A stretch of DNA of 64,000 nucleotides from Phoronis australis (Eukaryota > Animalia > Phoronida), in NCBI GenBank assembly GCA_002633005.1, contig NMRA01000383.1, positions 260,951 through 324,950 on the forward strand, read 5' to 3'. Under the pieces are notes generated by a model. The model ran no database searches. It was not told where the DNA came from and was given only the letters and a program-made list of their open reading frames with translations. Numbering within the stretch: position 1 is the first letter of the stretch; each line of letters opens with the position of its first letter. This document shows, piece after piece, positions 13,551 to 26,844 of the stretch. The translations under genes were made by a program, and so were the position numbers.

Positions 13551-16043
13551 AAAACTGTAGCGTGTCAGTCTGTATTCTGACGGTCTCGTGTAAGCCCTCT
13601 TTTTATAGCTATTCACTACTTGCACAAATCCGCCTTTGTGCTTGAAAAGGTGTTGTGTCCAAACTCGAATTTTTGGGAATGTGGACATTTTCCAAAAAAA
13701 AACGAAGTACGTTCAGTGCTGTGAATTGTGCGTTCTCTTAACTTTGGTAGTTCCTACCTGTAAAGGACTTTCGTCTCGTTTCTCGGACTTTTTGTTTCTT
13801 TGAGGCAAACCTTTTTGCACCGGGTACGCGCATGCGTTAGGAGGCATTGTGTCCTAAGCAACAAGGCTCAACAATAATTTTTGAAGCGACACCAAAATAT
13901 GCAAGTAGTGAATAGACATGAGTTACAATTCTCAGTACAGCTTTTGGGTATATGACCATAGGGAGGTTAACAGTATTATTATAAATTAATTTCACCAAAC
14001 TCTTCCTCCTGTGGTTTCAAATTTCAGATATCCCCGACCATCACCACGCTCTGGTAGTAGCAGCAGCAGCCCATTTCTCCTCCCCTATAGGAGTGCACGT
14101 TTAGGGAATGATGTTGACCTAAGGGCCGGTGTCAAAATTATGTTACTATGAAAATCAGTCTTTAGGGATCTACAGTAGAAACTTTTACCGGAGATATAGG
14201 GGAAGAATCCAGAGATACGCGGGGAGAAATAACATCACCTCCGAACTGAGTGGACGGAGCATCTTCTCAAAAACGTCGCCGATAGTTTCTTCTATTTCGA
14301 AGATAGAATGTGAGATGTCACTTTATTAGACCCATGCTTTGAAGGTGCGCCTTGAAAGAGTGTGGCACCACGGTCCCTGACATATGGCATTGGGATATTT
14401 AGAAAATCTCTTGTTGGAATACTCGGGTACCCGACTTTCTGTGGTGGCTGCCTCAGGGGGGAGACAAATATTATAGATTTGACCGAATTTCTTCAACGAC
14501 ATTTTTTCAACGTCAAACTTCATAGAAACGAGTTACTAGTTAAACTTGCAATCCAAAAAATGGCACAAATTTTTGTTTGTCAGTACTTTGAGCACCTTTA
14601 TCCTGTCTGGTTTAGATATGTCCACGTACTGTACACGGTCATCAAAAAGCCATGATACTCTCCAAGTTCAATCGATGCTATGTGCCAACCTGCTTTGAAC
14701 AACTCCCTCTTCATTAGCAATGCTTTCTTGAAAACGATCAATGAAGAGAAATTCTTTTATTGGAAGTTTTTGCGGAAAAAGTATCATTTTTATAGTTATG
14801 GTCGGGAATATTGTTTCTGGTAATTCACTGCAAGTGTTCTTCCAATTCTTTAAACTTTTATGTTTTCAACGACGGTCAATGTTATTGCTTTTTTAATGAA
14901 GTCTCACATTTTTGGTTCATATCTTGACGCTGCTGTGGTTCACATAAATTAGGTCCGTGTTTTTTCCACCAATTTGAAAGTTTATGCATTTCGCCTCGAC
15001 CGCGACTCCAAAAACGGAACCTGCTTAAAAAGGGCCCTTTATTATGAAAGGCTACATCTTTATAAATAGAAAATACTGACAGTTAATTCCGTGGTCGTGT
15101 GACCCTCCAAGAAATGATCCCCCGTAACATAAGACGTTGGGAGATTTCACAAAAATGAAAAGAGAGGTTATTGAATGATTGCATCTTAGGAGCCCTCTCC
15201 GTGAGCAGACCTTAGGAGCAAGGATGTAATGGGTGGATATAGGTGACAGCAACGAGTCCCCTCTTAAAGAGCTAGATATTTAATTTCAAAAACATAAAAT
15301 GATCAGCAATTGATGTTATCACCAGAGCCACTATCCGTCATGTTCTCAATTTATATCACGTGGTACACTCTTCCAAAAATAATGAAGAAAGAGAGCGGCA
15401 TAAGCCTCTTTAATTTCTTTCCAGAGAGAGGTTCCTCGACAAATGAAATGTCTTCTTGAATTTAAGGGACATTCTGGACAAGAAAAGTAATTTCAGAAAT
15501 TAACAGTATCACGGAATCTATTAACGAAATCCACAGAGGCTGAGCTAATTCAGTAGTATCAGCGACTTTTACCAGGTATTTGAATGTCATAGACATCGAC
15601 CTTGACCTCAGAGAATGTCTAGCAATGACAAGAATTTAAGACATGTAGTAAAGTAAAAAACACAACACTTTTTGTTGCATTATACCTCTGGTGCGAAAGC
15701 TAAACTTAAAAAGTCTTTCTCATTCAACAATAAGCCCAAAATTGCGTTTTTCGGTAGCAAAAACAATAATGTCCCCTTTAAAATTCTGAGCGGAGCGGCT
15801 GGCAAAGGGAGGAGGGTTAATTGTGACGGGGACCTTCACATCCCCCAAGTCTCTGAAGGCACAGGAGGTTTCCCGTTAGGCGAGCGAGGGCACCATTAAG
15901 GGCTTTTAGGCGATCTATACTGCAAATAATAGCTTGAGTAGAGTTTCAAAAGATAAATACACCACAAGTGTCCTCTTAATTGTCTTCTCTTCTACATCCG
16001 TTCTCTGTCTTTCTTCTCTAGACTGTTCCCTGTTCTCCACCAT

Positions 16044-19000
16044 CACCCCGGCCAACCCGCGATCGAGAACAACCGGAAGACGATCGAGAACGAAATTTGG
16101 CGCAAGAAGCGAAGCCAGGCAAGGTGAGTAAATTTGATGAATTTTCGTTGTTTTCACTTCCAATGTGGAAACAGAGACATGACTTCAAGGCGTAACACTT
16201 TTAGGAAGGGCAGGTAGAGGTTTAGGCGAGTGTCTCCCCAATTATAGGTGAAAAGTTACGTTGACCGAAGGTGATTTGTATGTCATTTTGGCAAATTGCC
16301 GTTATTTTTGGCACTAAATCAATAAATTGACCATGGAGTTATGAAGAAATGACGTGTGAAAGTATAACGCAACGCTTGTTTTTTTTTTGTAGCTTTGTCA
16401 GGATCTCGGATTTTTCGACGCTTTTCTGTTGAAAGATGCGATCGAGAACGCAACGATTAAGCGATCGGGAACGCTAATTTGTGTTTATGCGATCGGGAGC
16501 GCATCGTGGTGCGTCGAATAGTAATGAACTTTAAAACGTGAAAAAGGTTACAAAATAAGTGTGATGCAATGAATTAACCACATTTTGCGTCATTACTGTG
16601 TTACTTTCGTATCAAAACTGAACAACAGCATACTATTTCCATTAAATTGCCATGAGCACTACATATACATGTACATCATTCAAGCATAATTTTAGTTTCA
16701 CAAACTAATTTATTTTCATTGCAGGAAAAAAGTTCACTGTTATTGTGAGGCGAGCTTCAACGAACATGTTACCCACGACGTGAAGGTACACCTTACCAGG
16801 GTTTTGAAACACAGACATCTACTTTTAAACGAAACCACTGAGAACAAGGGGTTCTAAACTGTGAAGACTCGCCCATCAGTTGTTCCATGTGGCCTGTCGG
16901 ACAGGGGTGAAAAATTGTTGCAGCAAATGAAAGCGAGTGTAGAATCTTCTTCTAGAATTGTGACAGCAAAAGGAAAAAAAAAATAAATAGCCAGTGAAGT
17001 CAAAGAATGATGATGAGCTTACCCATGGGGAGGGACTGGAGGAGAGTGCAACAGCACTTAACGAGATGATTCAAAGATTCCCACTCATAAACGTCTGGGG
17101 TCTAAAAATTGGTCAGAAGTTGTGTGTGCTGATAAAAGGGGTGGGATTTTACTTGATGTTTTACTGATAACATTGATAAAGATTGTCTTGTGGCACCCGT
17201 GTGGCTTGAAAGTACATTGTGTTTGACTCTTCTGTTTTGTTGTCTTGGTCCAATGTTCACCTGCATCATCAGTTCATGATCTCCAGTTTAATGTGACATT
17301 GAAAAAGATTGCCAAGACAGTTATAATACACACACTATATTGAGATTTTCTCAAAACGTAGTCAACATGTTGTCATTAACGTCACTTCAACTACATCTGT
17401 ATAGTGATTTACACAGGAAATCAACAACAATATTATAGCACTGCTATTATAATATTAATCTTTTATCACACATATCTCCAAACTTGGTCTTACAAAAATA
17501 TATAAAATATTGCTTTAGGAAAATCAACATTACAAATCCATTGAACATTTCCCACGAATTACTTTTGGAATGTGTTAGACTAAATCATCACTGAATCATA
17601 GACAATGTATTTAGGACTGATTGCTAGTATAATACTCTCTCACTAGGAAATCAACAACAACATCAAAGCAATTTCTACAATAACCATAGACATTTATTTT
17701 CTTCTAAAATACTAACCGGTCGGAACAATTGTATGTAAGTATTGCCCAATGACACTTAGTATGGCCATTTAAATCTACCTAAACACAACAAAAAATGTAC
17801 TGGTTCTGTTAAAGATCCTTTTGAAATAACACAAATATAGAAAGAAACTTGAAGAAAAAAGTTCAAAACAAAACGTCAAAATACTATCAGATCAGACAAC
17901 TAAGAACCACAGACTTTGTAAATCTGAATAAACTACCGTAATCGTTCGGGTTAACGCCCTGGGCGGTTAAATTGGCGAATCCAAAAAATTGGGGGAGGGC
18001 GGTTAACCGAGCAGTGGGCGGCTAAATCGAAAATCCACTTAAAGTCGGGGATGGGCGGTTAACTGAGCATGGGCGTTAACCCGAACTATTACGGTATATT
18101 GACTTAACAACCTTCAGCACTGGACTTAAATGATTTCATTCACGAGGTTTCTGCTTGCTATGCCTGTAGGAGGCATACCTGGCATGCCACATTCACCACA
18201 GAAAGGAATGTCCTCGTGCTGTGACGCAGTGTGGCATCAGGCTTACTCTTTCCGTGAAACGTTGATCACAGATGGGACACTGAATCGACTTGGTTCCTGA
18301 GCACGATGCTTCATGCTGTGTTTTACTATATTGGTAAAAATCTCTTGACGAAAGCAACGCGTCAATCACGTGACTGGTAAAGGTCTTGCTTTGTTGTAGT
18401 GTCACTGTATTTTATTGCCATGTGGTCATACGAAGTCGATTTCTTAGTTCCTGAACGAGGTTCCACAACACACACACACACACTCCGTTGTGACATGCAG
18501 CAGTTGTACTACTCTTTTTTGAAGGAGTGGACGTTAACACCCGGAAGGACTCGTCGTGTGACTACAGTTCAATTGAAAAAAATTAAACACATTTCAGTTA
18601 TGTTTGTTAGACTAAATCTCACTTAGAAATAATGAAAAAACGATGAAATGTAATTAATAATTAACTCATCTAATAATTCAGGTTCCGTATTATTCTAAAA
18701 TTATTGACATAATACCGTAACTTGAACGACTATTCAGGCCAATGCAGAGAAAAAAAATGTACGTTCAAGATCGCTTTTTTGCGTTCACAATCGCCATAGA
18801 GAATTAACGACATATCGTTCCCGATCGCCGTCTCACACAAGGACCTGCTTGTATTGGTAAACATCTCAAATTGTTTCACAAATCATAGCTAACAAAGGTG
18901 AGGGACGATTAAACTATAAACGTCACACGTCTCTTCTTAAGAACCCTGAAATTGCTAATAACAAGGCATTTTACCGAAAAGCCATTGCTTTCTGAGCTCT

Positions 19001-19187
19001 TTATTTTAAAAAATAAGCAAAAGCCAAGTATTATTTCAGATCCACAACGAAGGACGCTTTTCTGTGTGTATTTAAGCAGAAAATGACCCTTTAACTCAAG
19101 GGGTACGCGGCTGTCGTCTGCCATTTTTGGTGCAAGGTCTCGTTCTCGATCGCCTTCCGGGCGTTCGATCGCGGGTTGGCCGGGGTG
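16044..19187. mobile_element. Non-autonomous CMC (EnSpm/CACTA-like) DNA transposon, about 3.1 kb
   Basis: TIR CACCCCGGCCAACCCGCGATCGA ... TCGATCGCGGGTTGGCCGGGGTG with AT on both flanks (2-bp TSD). Subterminal GCGATCGAGAACG repeats occur at 16059-16500 and inverted at 18760-19152. Confidence 0.8.
17936..18094. mobile_element. Tc1/mariner-pogo-type MITE nested in the CACTA-like element
   Basis: TA|CCGTAATCGTTCGGGTTAACGCCC ... GGGCGTTAACCCGAACTATTACGG|TA. Confidence 0.85.
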
Positions 19188-20697
19188 ATTCTTCCCGCCC
19201 GGGAATTTCATAGTTTTTATGAAAGCATGTGTAATTTTCAATATGAAATGTCTTCAAATGGTTTTCACAGTCAACTGTCAAAGAAGCTGTACCGCTGACA
19301 GGCTCAAGGCCGAAACCAATGAGAACTAGAATTCCTCTTTAAATCATATAAATGATAGTATGTTTATTCGATCTGTAAACAGCAAATTACAAAACATTAG
19401 AAACTAATTAATCTAAATAACAATTACTTGTCAAACACTATTTATAATTCCGATATAAACATAAGTTACCGTAATAAGATTCCTAGCTAATTATTTTGGT
19501 AAATCTAAACACATTACTGATCTAATTTCCATGATAACTGCATCATATTCAAACAAACTTGTATTAAACTATTTAAACTTTCGTTATTTCTTATTCACGC
19601 TATTTTTCATAATAGTCAAACATATTTCTGAGCTTTCTATTTGACAATAATTCTAAATAAACCTTATTTTACTTAAAAATTACAATACGAATAATAGTAA
19701 ATAACTACTTACTTCTGTGGAGGAATCAAAGTCCTGCTACATTGGTTTTAACTTCATAAACTGCTTCACTACGTCTTAACCTGTTTACATCTCCGTTCTG
19801 AACTGCTGTAAAATGCCTTCTCATTCAGAATTTATATGATTCTAACCCTATGACTAATCTAGTCACTTTCATGATTTTACTTGCCCTTACCAAATTTGTC
19901 ACCGAATTCTCTTGTCAATAAATAGCTGTACTACGAACATGGCCATATTTAAAGGTTATTTCTTGGAATATATCCAATTATACATAGAATTCACTACAAC
20001 TGCTGCACGGAACTACAATGTATATGAGTAACACTATTACATAATAAGCCATGTTTCCTAGAGTCATCAACCCACACACTGCACTCATGCCATCAGCTGT
20101 AGTCCCATGCCCGATTCTAACGTACACATAAACACAACAGAAGCCTAATCAATTTGATACACGAAATATCGTAATAGGCTATCTCATTCCTAAAGCCAAC
20201 CCCCCATACTCGGTATAGGCAAATCTTTGGTATAGGCGAGCAATCACAAAGTTAAGCAAGTCGTAAATCTCGCTCATCATAAGGCTCAATTCTGTTCGGG
20301 TATCATGCCAACACCTAGACTAAAAATGGGGGGCTCGAATTTATGAGATTGTGGACCTTTTACCAAGATTCACAGGGTACGTTCAGAGCTATGAATTGCA
20401 TGTGCATTCTCCTAATTTTTAGTGGACTTTTGTCTCGTTTTCTACTTTTTTTTTGTTTCTCTGAGGTGGACCTTTTCATTGCCCACTTTGCCGCCTCGAT
20501 TCTCCAGACCGAACCCTCCCCTCCTGAGTGCACTCATGGGTACTAAGTGGAAGCTTAAATTCCCAATGTAGCGTACAGTCGCACGCACATTAGATGTCTC
20601 TCTTGTTGTTGTTGTTGACCCAGCGGTTTACACGCGTATAATAATAATGCCGTAACATTGGCTCATACAACTTTATTTATGATATGATACGAGTAAT

Positions 20698-20800
20698 AAT
20701 ACGATTTTCAATACGGTGAACGATTCACGATACGATACGATACGATTTTCAATACGGTGAACGATTTACGATACGATACGATACGATTTTCAATACGGTT
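20698..20800. repeat. Tandem repeat, about 41-bp period with (GATAC)n
   Basis: ATACGATTTTCAATACGGTGAACGATT.ACGATACGATACG, about 2.5 copies. Confidence 0.85.
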
Positions 20801-21772
20801 AAACCTGAAACAATTAATAAAGATAATACAATATCTAATACAAATTGAAGTACCAAATACACCATACTAAAATACAGAAAATTGCATATCTAATAATATT
20901 ATATCAACTCACAATTTGGCAAAAAATAGTTAGCAGAAACTTGTAGTTACAACAATTTCTATTACAACACTTTCTATGAGTTAATCAAATAATCAAAGAA
21001 CTGAGAATAGTTGTTTCTATGGTCAAAGTTTATAGTAAAACATCAAGAAACAAAGTTGTCTCTTACCAACGCTGGGTATCTGTGATATTTTTTAAGCAAG
21101 CAGCAGCCTCTCTCCAAGCAATATGAATTTTAGAGTAGCTAACAGAATATTTATACTGAACACAAGAAAGGTGGGCGAGATAATTCAAAACATGAAAACC
21201 CACAAACTTCCTCCAAAATGCTACATCTAGTTCCAAAACAATTCTCTGAACAAGGTCGCTGGTTCCAAAACAATTCTGTGAATCAATCTGCTGGACTCCA
21301 GCAATGAACCCAAGTCATTACCAATTATGGTGCAGGACAATCAAGAGTTGAGTAATTCCGATGGACAAATAACAGATTATTGTTGTTGTCGGAAATGCCT
21401 CATCCCAATGCTGACAGGTTTTCAAAGACTTTAAGTTACACAACTTGCAAAACAAGGCACAATTGTTATTATAAACATCCCATAACTGGTAACAGACATG
21501 TGATGAATCACTTCCCATGAACTCCTAGGAGGTTACAAATTTTGGTAAACAACCAATACGTTTAATTAATTATACACTAGTCACTAAAATTGCATAACAT
21601 TGCTTTTAATTAGACTAATTATCTACAGCATCAAAAAATGTACCAACATCCAGCGTTTATTAGGTTATGTAGGACCCAAGAAAACGCCCAGTTTTTTTGC
21701 CAATTTTGGAACATCATATCTCAGAATTGGCTTGTCGGATTCACATGCAACTTTCGGGTACTATGCTCTATG

Positions 21773-21893
21773 TATGGAATTCCAAGTCTGCCTGTACATA
21801 ACGCGTGCAGATTTTACACGTAAGGTGACGCTAGGGGCTTTCCATATAAAAAAGCCTGCACGCGTTACGGACTGACAGGCTTGGAATTCCATA
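21773..21893. mobile_element. Short hairpin MITE
   Basis: About 45-bp imperfect inverted arms: TATGGAATTCCAAG..TAACGCGTGCAG / CTGCACGCGTTA..CTTGGAATTCCATA. Confidence 0.65.
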
Positions 21894-21910
21894 TCTACGC
21901 TCTGCTGTTA

Positions 21911-22606
21911 CCGGGATTTTCCTTAGATAAGCCCATGGGCGTGTATTCGGAAAATGAAAATTCTTAGGCGTATTACTAACACCAAGTAAACGCCCGGGAA
22001 TTTTATTCGGACAAGGGGGCGTATAAACGGAAAGTCATAGTTTTGCTGATTTTGATATTTTTTACTTGAAACTGTGTTTTTCAATTTTATGTTAATAAAT
22101 GCATAGTTCGTCAACATCTTGTTCGTTTTTGTAAATGGCAAATACTCCACACAACTGAATTTGTGACAAAAAGTTGAGTGGGAGTGGGCTTCTCATGCGC
22201 GCGCCCAGCCTTCAATATGGGGGGCTCGAATTCCTGACGATGTGAACCTTTTACTAACAAAAATAGTCAGTCGATTAAAAAAATAAGAAAAAAAAAACAC
22301 GATCGGAGCTGTACGTGCTGTGAATTTGAATTCTGCGTTTGCGTCTTTTTAGTGGACTTTTTATCTCGTTTTCTCGGACTTTTTGTTCCTCTGAGGCGCA
22401 CCTTTTTGCCCACTTCGCCCCTCTGGGTGTGCGCATGCTTCTAAGAGGAAATTTTCCGAATAAACGCCCCACTATCTGGACACTTGACACCAGAAACTGT
22501 AACACCAAATAAACAATAAACGCCCATAGGCGTTTATTCGGCATAATTTTCCGAAAAAGCATCCGTGGGCGTTTCTTCGGATGAGCTTATCTACGGAAAA
22601 TCCCGG
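21911..22606. mobile_element. pogo-like MITE with a nested repeat (about 22190-22440, related to 20325-20545)
   Basis: TA|CCGGGATTTTCCTTAGATAAGC ... GCTTATCTACGGAAAATCCCGG. The internal segment shares GGGGGCTCGAATT..TAGTGGACTTTT..GCCCACTT with 20325-20545. Confidence 0.6.
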
Positions 22607-23879
22607 GAGTGCATTGTTTTCAAAATGTTCCACTTTTCCATGAGGGACTATCAAAATTGGATCTGAATGAAATTTATGAAAGAAAAAACTTTAAATTTGC
22701 ATAAAACGAGAACGAAAGGATACCTTAGCTTCTAGTGATCATATCACGAAGCTTTACAACACACAAAATTTGCTCAGTATTATTGATCCTGTTGCTCAGT
22801 GTTATTGATCCTGTTGCTTCACTACGAATGTACATTTCTTTTTATTAAAGTCTACTAAAAAGCATGGTCACGCGAACTAATTAATGGCAGATTGACATAA
22901 AAAAAATCAAATTCTACGGATTTTCTACTTTCAGAAAATGCATACTTTTTTCCGTGTTACATTCTATAGTTTTGTGGATATTTTGATAAAAGTATATTCC
23001 TGTCGACAAGGTCCTACCATAACCTTATTCAAATATACAACGCCTTGGGACACATGCATTACGGCGTTTTCTCGTTGCCGACAACTTGTTCGATTCTAAT
23101 AGCCCAACAACAAGTTGGGAAGTGACCCCTGCAGCCAATATCTTGCACGACTGATTAACGCTATTCTGACATTTATGTTCGAAAATTGCTCTCAACTCAA
23201 AAAGATCGTATCTAGCCTAACTGGGCTGTGCTGTCAAAAATAAAACTTAATTTATAACATATTTGAACATAAACCAATAGCATTTCCGAATTCCTCGTCA
23301 AATGCTGATCAAGTTTAGTTTTTGAATCGCCAAGATGGCCCAGCTACAACTGAAATTTCGACAATTTATTCTCCCGAACGGACTGTGATTGACTGCGTTC
23401 ATACGTGGTCTATAATAAGCCTGAGCTGAGTTGCATAAAAAAAAGTTATCCGCTGGATAAGTTTGATTGTTGCATGAGTTTATTGTTAAACAACCATTCA
23501 ACAATAACAACGTGACGCGTGATAATGTGACGCCATTGTTGCTATACTGCATATAACTTTTTATGCTTCTGGGCCCCGGTGGATAATTGGCCTGCCTGTT
23601 GTCATACCAGACAAAAGAAGCTAAATGTTTTCACACGCTGACAACCCTTGAAGTCTGAATGGGAGAACGCCGTCATGTCCTGTCCAAGGTCGTCTGAGTT
23701 ATAGCTATTACACAACTCACTCAGAGACTAGAGGAGACTTGTGGCCGGTTGCACAAAGTTGATCCCTAAATCTTCTGCCTGTTTTTGTCGCTCTTTACTC
23801 ACAGATGATAATTTTTTCTATCGGTTTATCTTTATTAGCGTGGCCGTTTTCCCGCCTTCTCCTAGGCGGATTTGCGGGA

Positions 23880-24251
23880 NNNNNNNNNNNNNNNNNNNNN
23901 NNNNNNNNNNNNNNNNNNNNNNNNNNNNNNNNNNNNNNNNNNNNNNNNNNNNNNNNNNNNNNNNNNNNNNNNNNNNNNNNNNNNNNNNNNNNNNNNNNNN
24001 NNNNNNNNNNNNNNNNNNNNNNNNNNNNNNNNNNNNNNNNNNNNNNNNNNNNNNNNNNNNNNNNNNNNNNNNNNNNNNNNNNNNNNNNNNNNNNNNNNNN
24101 NNNNNNNNNNNNNNNNNNNNNNNNNNNNNNNNNNNNNNNNNNNNNNNNNNNNNNNNNNNNNNNNNNNNNNNNNNNNNNNNNNNNNNNNNNNNNNNNNNNN
24201 NNNNNNNNNNNNNNNNNNNNNNNNNNNNNNNNNNNNNNNNNNNNNNNNNNN
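23880..24251. other. Assembly gap (372 N)
   Basis: Run of N followed by a poly-C tract. Confidence 1.
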
Positions 24252-24543
24252 TCCCCCCCCCCCCCCCGCCTTATCGTATCCTAGATTCGCTACTGTTCTC
24301 AGAGGGAGACTTCAGCTCACTGAGAACCCAACTAAGAAGTTTTACGAAAGTTCTACTGTCCAACTCATTTACGTAATCAGGGTAATGTCGTTGCGCCACT
24401 GGTTTGCTCAGAAGTCTAGACCGTTGCATAATGTGGGCTTCACTAATGACATAGGGCCCGTGTACTCTTGTCTCGTAGAATGAGTATTTACCGCTGACAT
24501 ACACGTGGTGTTTGCATTCTGGACTCGTTATGACGACGTAATA

Positions 24544-24668
24544 TAGACTAGCTTCACTGGTACCCGTGGTAGAAGCTACCGGTTACGTAAGCTACTACGG
24601 GTACCAGAGCAGCACCTTGAGGACTCGCTGGTTCCCTACGTGCCGCTAGGAGGTCAATAGCTAGTCTA
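24544..24668. mobile_element. Small TAG...CTA inverted-repeat element just upstream of NR5A exon 1
   Basis: TAGACTAGCT...AGCTAGTCTA termini with an internal hairpin CTGGTACCCGTGGTAG/CTACTACGGGTACCAG (24557-24607). Confidence 0.5.
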
Positions 24669-24934
24669 GGCACGCAGGGGACCAGCAAGCCTTGAGGACA
24701 AAATATGAGTCTGCGCAAACACTTGTCGGTGACCTAAGGTCGACCATTGTCGGCGCAAACGATTTATTTAATCCCAGCGAAATACCTTTTGCGCTTACTG
24801 TCGACCCGACGTGCAACCAGTGAAAGCGGCGACAACATTTTAGAGATTTGGTGATTTTACTAAGAATTCTTCTCATGTAAAGCCAGACTAAGCGTTCTGA
24901 GAGCCGGGTTCATGTGTACGTTTTTCGTATTGAA

Positions 24935-25754
24935 ATGTCAATTGATCGTGGCCAAGGACAAGGTAGGCCTAATGTGAAATTTCCGATGACGATCGCTCAG
25001 TCACGGACTGAGCTGGCGTGTTCGCCTGCACCACAGTTTGCCCACCATGCCCACGTCCATGTGAATGACACCGTTTCACAGGCATCTTACACGTTTCCTG
25101 TATTGGGACTGGCCGGTGAATCGACTTCGGCACTGTCCGAAAGCAGTCGTTTGGATAGTTACAGTGCAATATGCCGAGAGAAATCCTCTATGCCGTGTTC
25201 AGATGAACAGATCTCCCGCCACGAGTCGTGTTTACCTTGGCTCAGTGCTAGCTCAGGAACTTATTTGAACTCGCTGAATACCCAAGGTCATTCGAAGTAT
25301 TCTGCTCAGTCAGATGATGTTGAATTGGTTTCCAATGTCCACTCTTTCCCTAAGGATTTGAATTTACAACAGTTGGAAAACACTGATGGGTTGGGCCATA
25401 TAACAAAATCAAAACGACTCGGGTCAAGTACTCAAGATAACTTAGTGAAAACCGAAATTACCTCATTTTCAGCATTCCGTAGTTGTACTAGTAATAAGCT
25501 GTTGAAAGATGACAAGCACTGGGATCACAGTTGTGATGGTCAATCGCCGTCACTAAGTGGCTCATCTTCGAGGTCTCGGTCACCAACTGAGGTCGCTGAT
25601 CGGAACTCTGTTGTGGCACCATCTAGTACGTCGGATGTGGTGATCGAGGCAAGACATTGTGATACTACGCACATAAACGCTGGAGTTAGAAGTGATTATT
25701 GTTCCACCTCCAGATCCGCGGATTCTCATGGAAATTCAACGGATGCTGATTCTT
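24935..25754 (+). CDS. ftz-f1: FTZ-F1/NR5A nuclear receptor, putative coding exon 1 (Ser-rich A/B domain)
   Basis: Long Ser-rich ORF from ATG 24935 ending at a perfect T|GTAAGT donor. Phase 1 matches the acceptor at 41445. No recognisable motif, so linkage to the gene is inferred. Confidence 0.6.
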
Positions 25755-26389
25755 GTAAGTGACTATTTTCTTATCATAATTTTGTCAGTAATCACTTTTG
25801 TTGGTCACTGCATGGTTTTGAGAACCAAGCAATCAGTTAATAAAGTCCTGTCCATATACACAGGCTATTGGTGAACAACTTACACTTGTGCAACTTACCG
25901 TACTTTTAAGAGGAGTGTCCACACACGCACGCACGCATGCGCGCGCGAACACTCACACACACTCATCCGATAACTGCGGTAAGGCGCAAGTTGTCGCTCT
26001 GTGGATGCGAATACCATGGTGCAAAAGAAGACTAATCTGTATAATTACTGATAATTAGTTCTGCCTTCCCCCAGGTTTGTGATCACACGGTAATTAAAAG
26101 TGGCGTAAGTTTCCCCTGAACGACATACCCCACCTCGATAATGTGTAGTAAGTTGTTACAAGTAGGGAAAGATGCACTAGTTTCAATAGCATCCACATGG
26201 CTCCAACCCTTGCAACAACTCATTTCAGGAGTTCACTGTTGTAGCAGTGTTCTCCACATCTGGAAATCTAAACTGGTCGCACGCGTAAAAACTGCAATGT
26301 GCCGAAACCGCGCAGCGGTCTACGTTCTCCATAAGCTAGTGTGCAGTTTTTTGTGCACCTTATTTTTACCCACGCATTTTAATAGTAAT

Positions 26390-26844
26390 CAGGGCTTGGA
26401 ATTTTCCACGGAAATGCGGATTTCCGCTTTTTTCAAATGTTCTGTCCGCGTATTTTATTATATTTCCGCGTAAAAAAATCGGATTTGATATAAAATTTCC
26501 GCCGCGTTGCCGACGACTTTCACCTCGAAAAGCGGAAGTTGCTCTTTATGTTTCGAAGGAACGCAAATTGTCAACATTGCCGGGGCATCTGGTATAGCGT
26601 GGTGGATTTCCTCAATGGCGGCTTGTTTGATTGTAAACCGCGGTGACAAATACTACGACTCTGCAGCCAAAAATGTTTGGAGGCGGGAGTGGCGGACGAG
26701 CTAAGACAGAAGCAGACGCACGCTTCCAGTCCTCTCGATTTTTGTCGGCAAAAGGTCGACACCGACTTTTTCAAGGCTGACTGCGCGCATGTTTCGGGCC
26801 GTAAAAATTTCCGCGTTTTTCACCATTGGTCATTCCAAGCCCTG
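26390..26844. mobile_element. hAT-like MITE with 6-bp flanking duplication
   Basis: TIR CAGGGCTTGGAAT / ATTCCAAGCCCTG with AGTAAT on both sides. Confidence 0.8.

Noticed and set aside
15050-15620. Possible DIRS tyrosine-recombinase remnant on the minus strand
   Set aside because: Only vague motif resemblance; needs BLASTX.
19276-20161. Possible solo LTR (TGTCAAA...TTTGATACA)
   Set aside because: No matching TSD, PBS or second copy.
20698-20800. CRISPR-like array
   Set aside because: Head-to-tail repeats with no unique spacers, in a eukaryotic context with no cas genes.
23741-24483. Long ORFs of 159-211 aa
   Set aside because: Artefacts of translating through the N gap.
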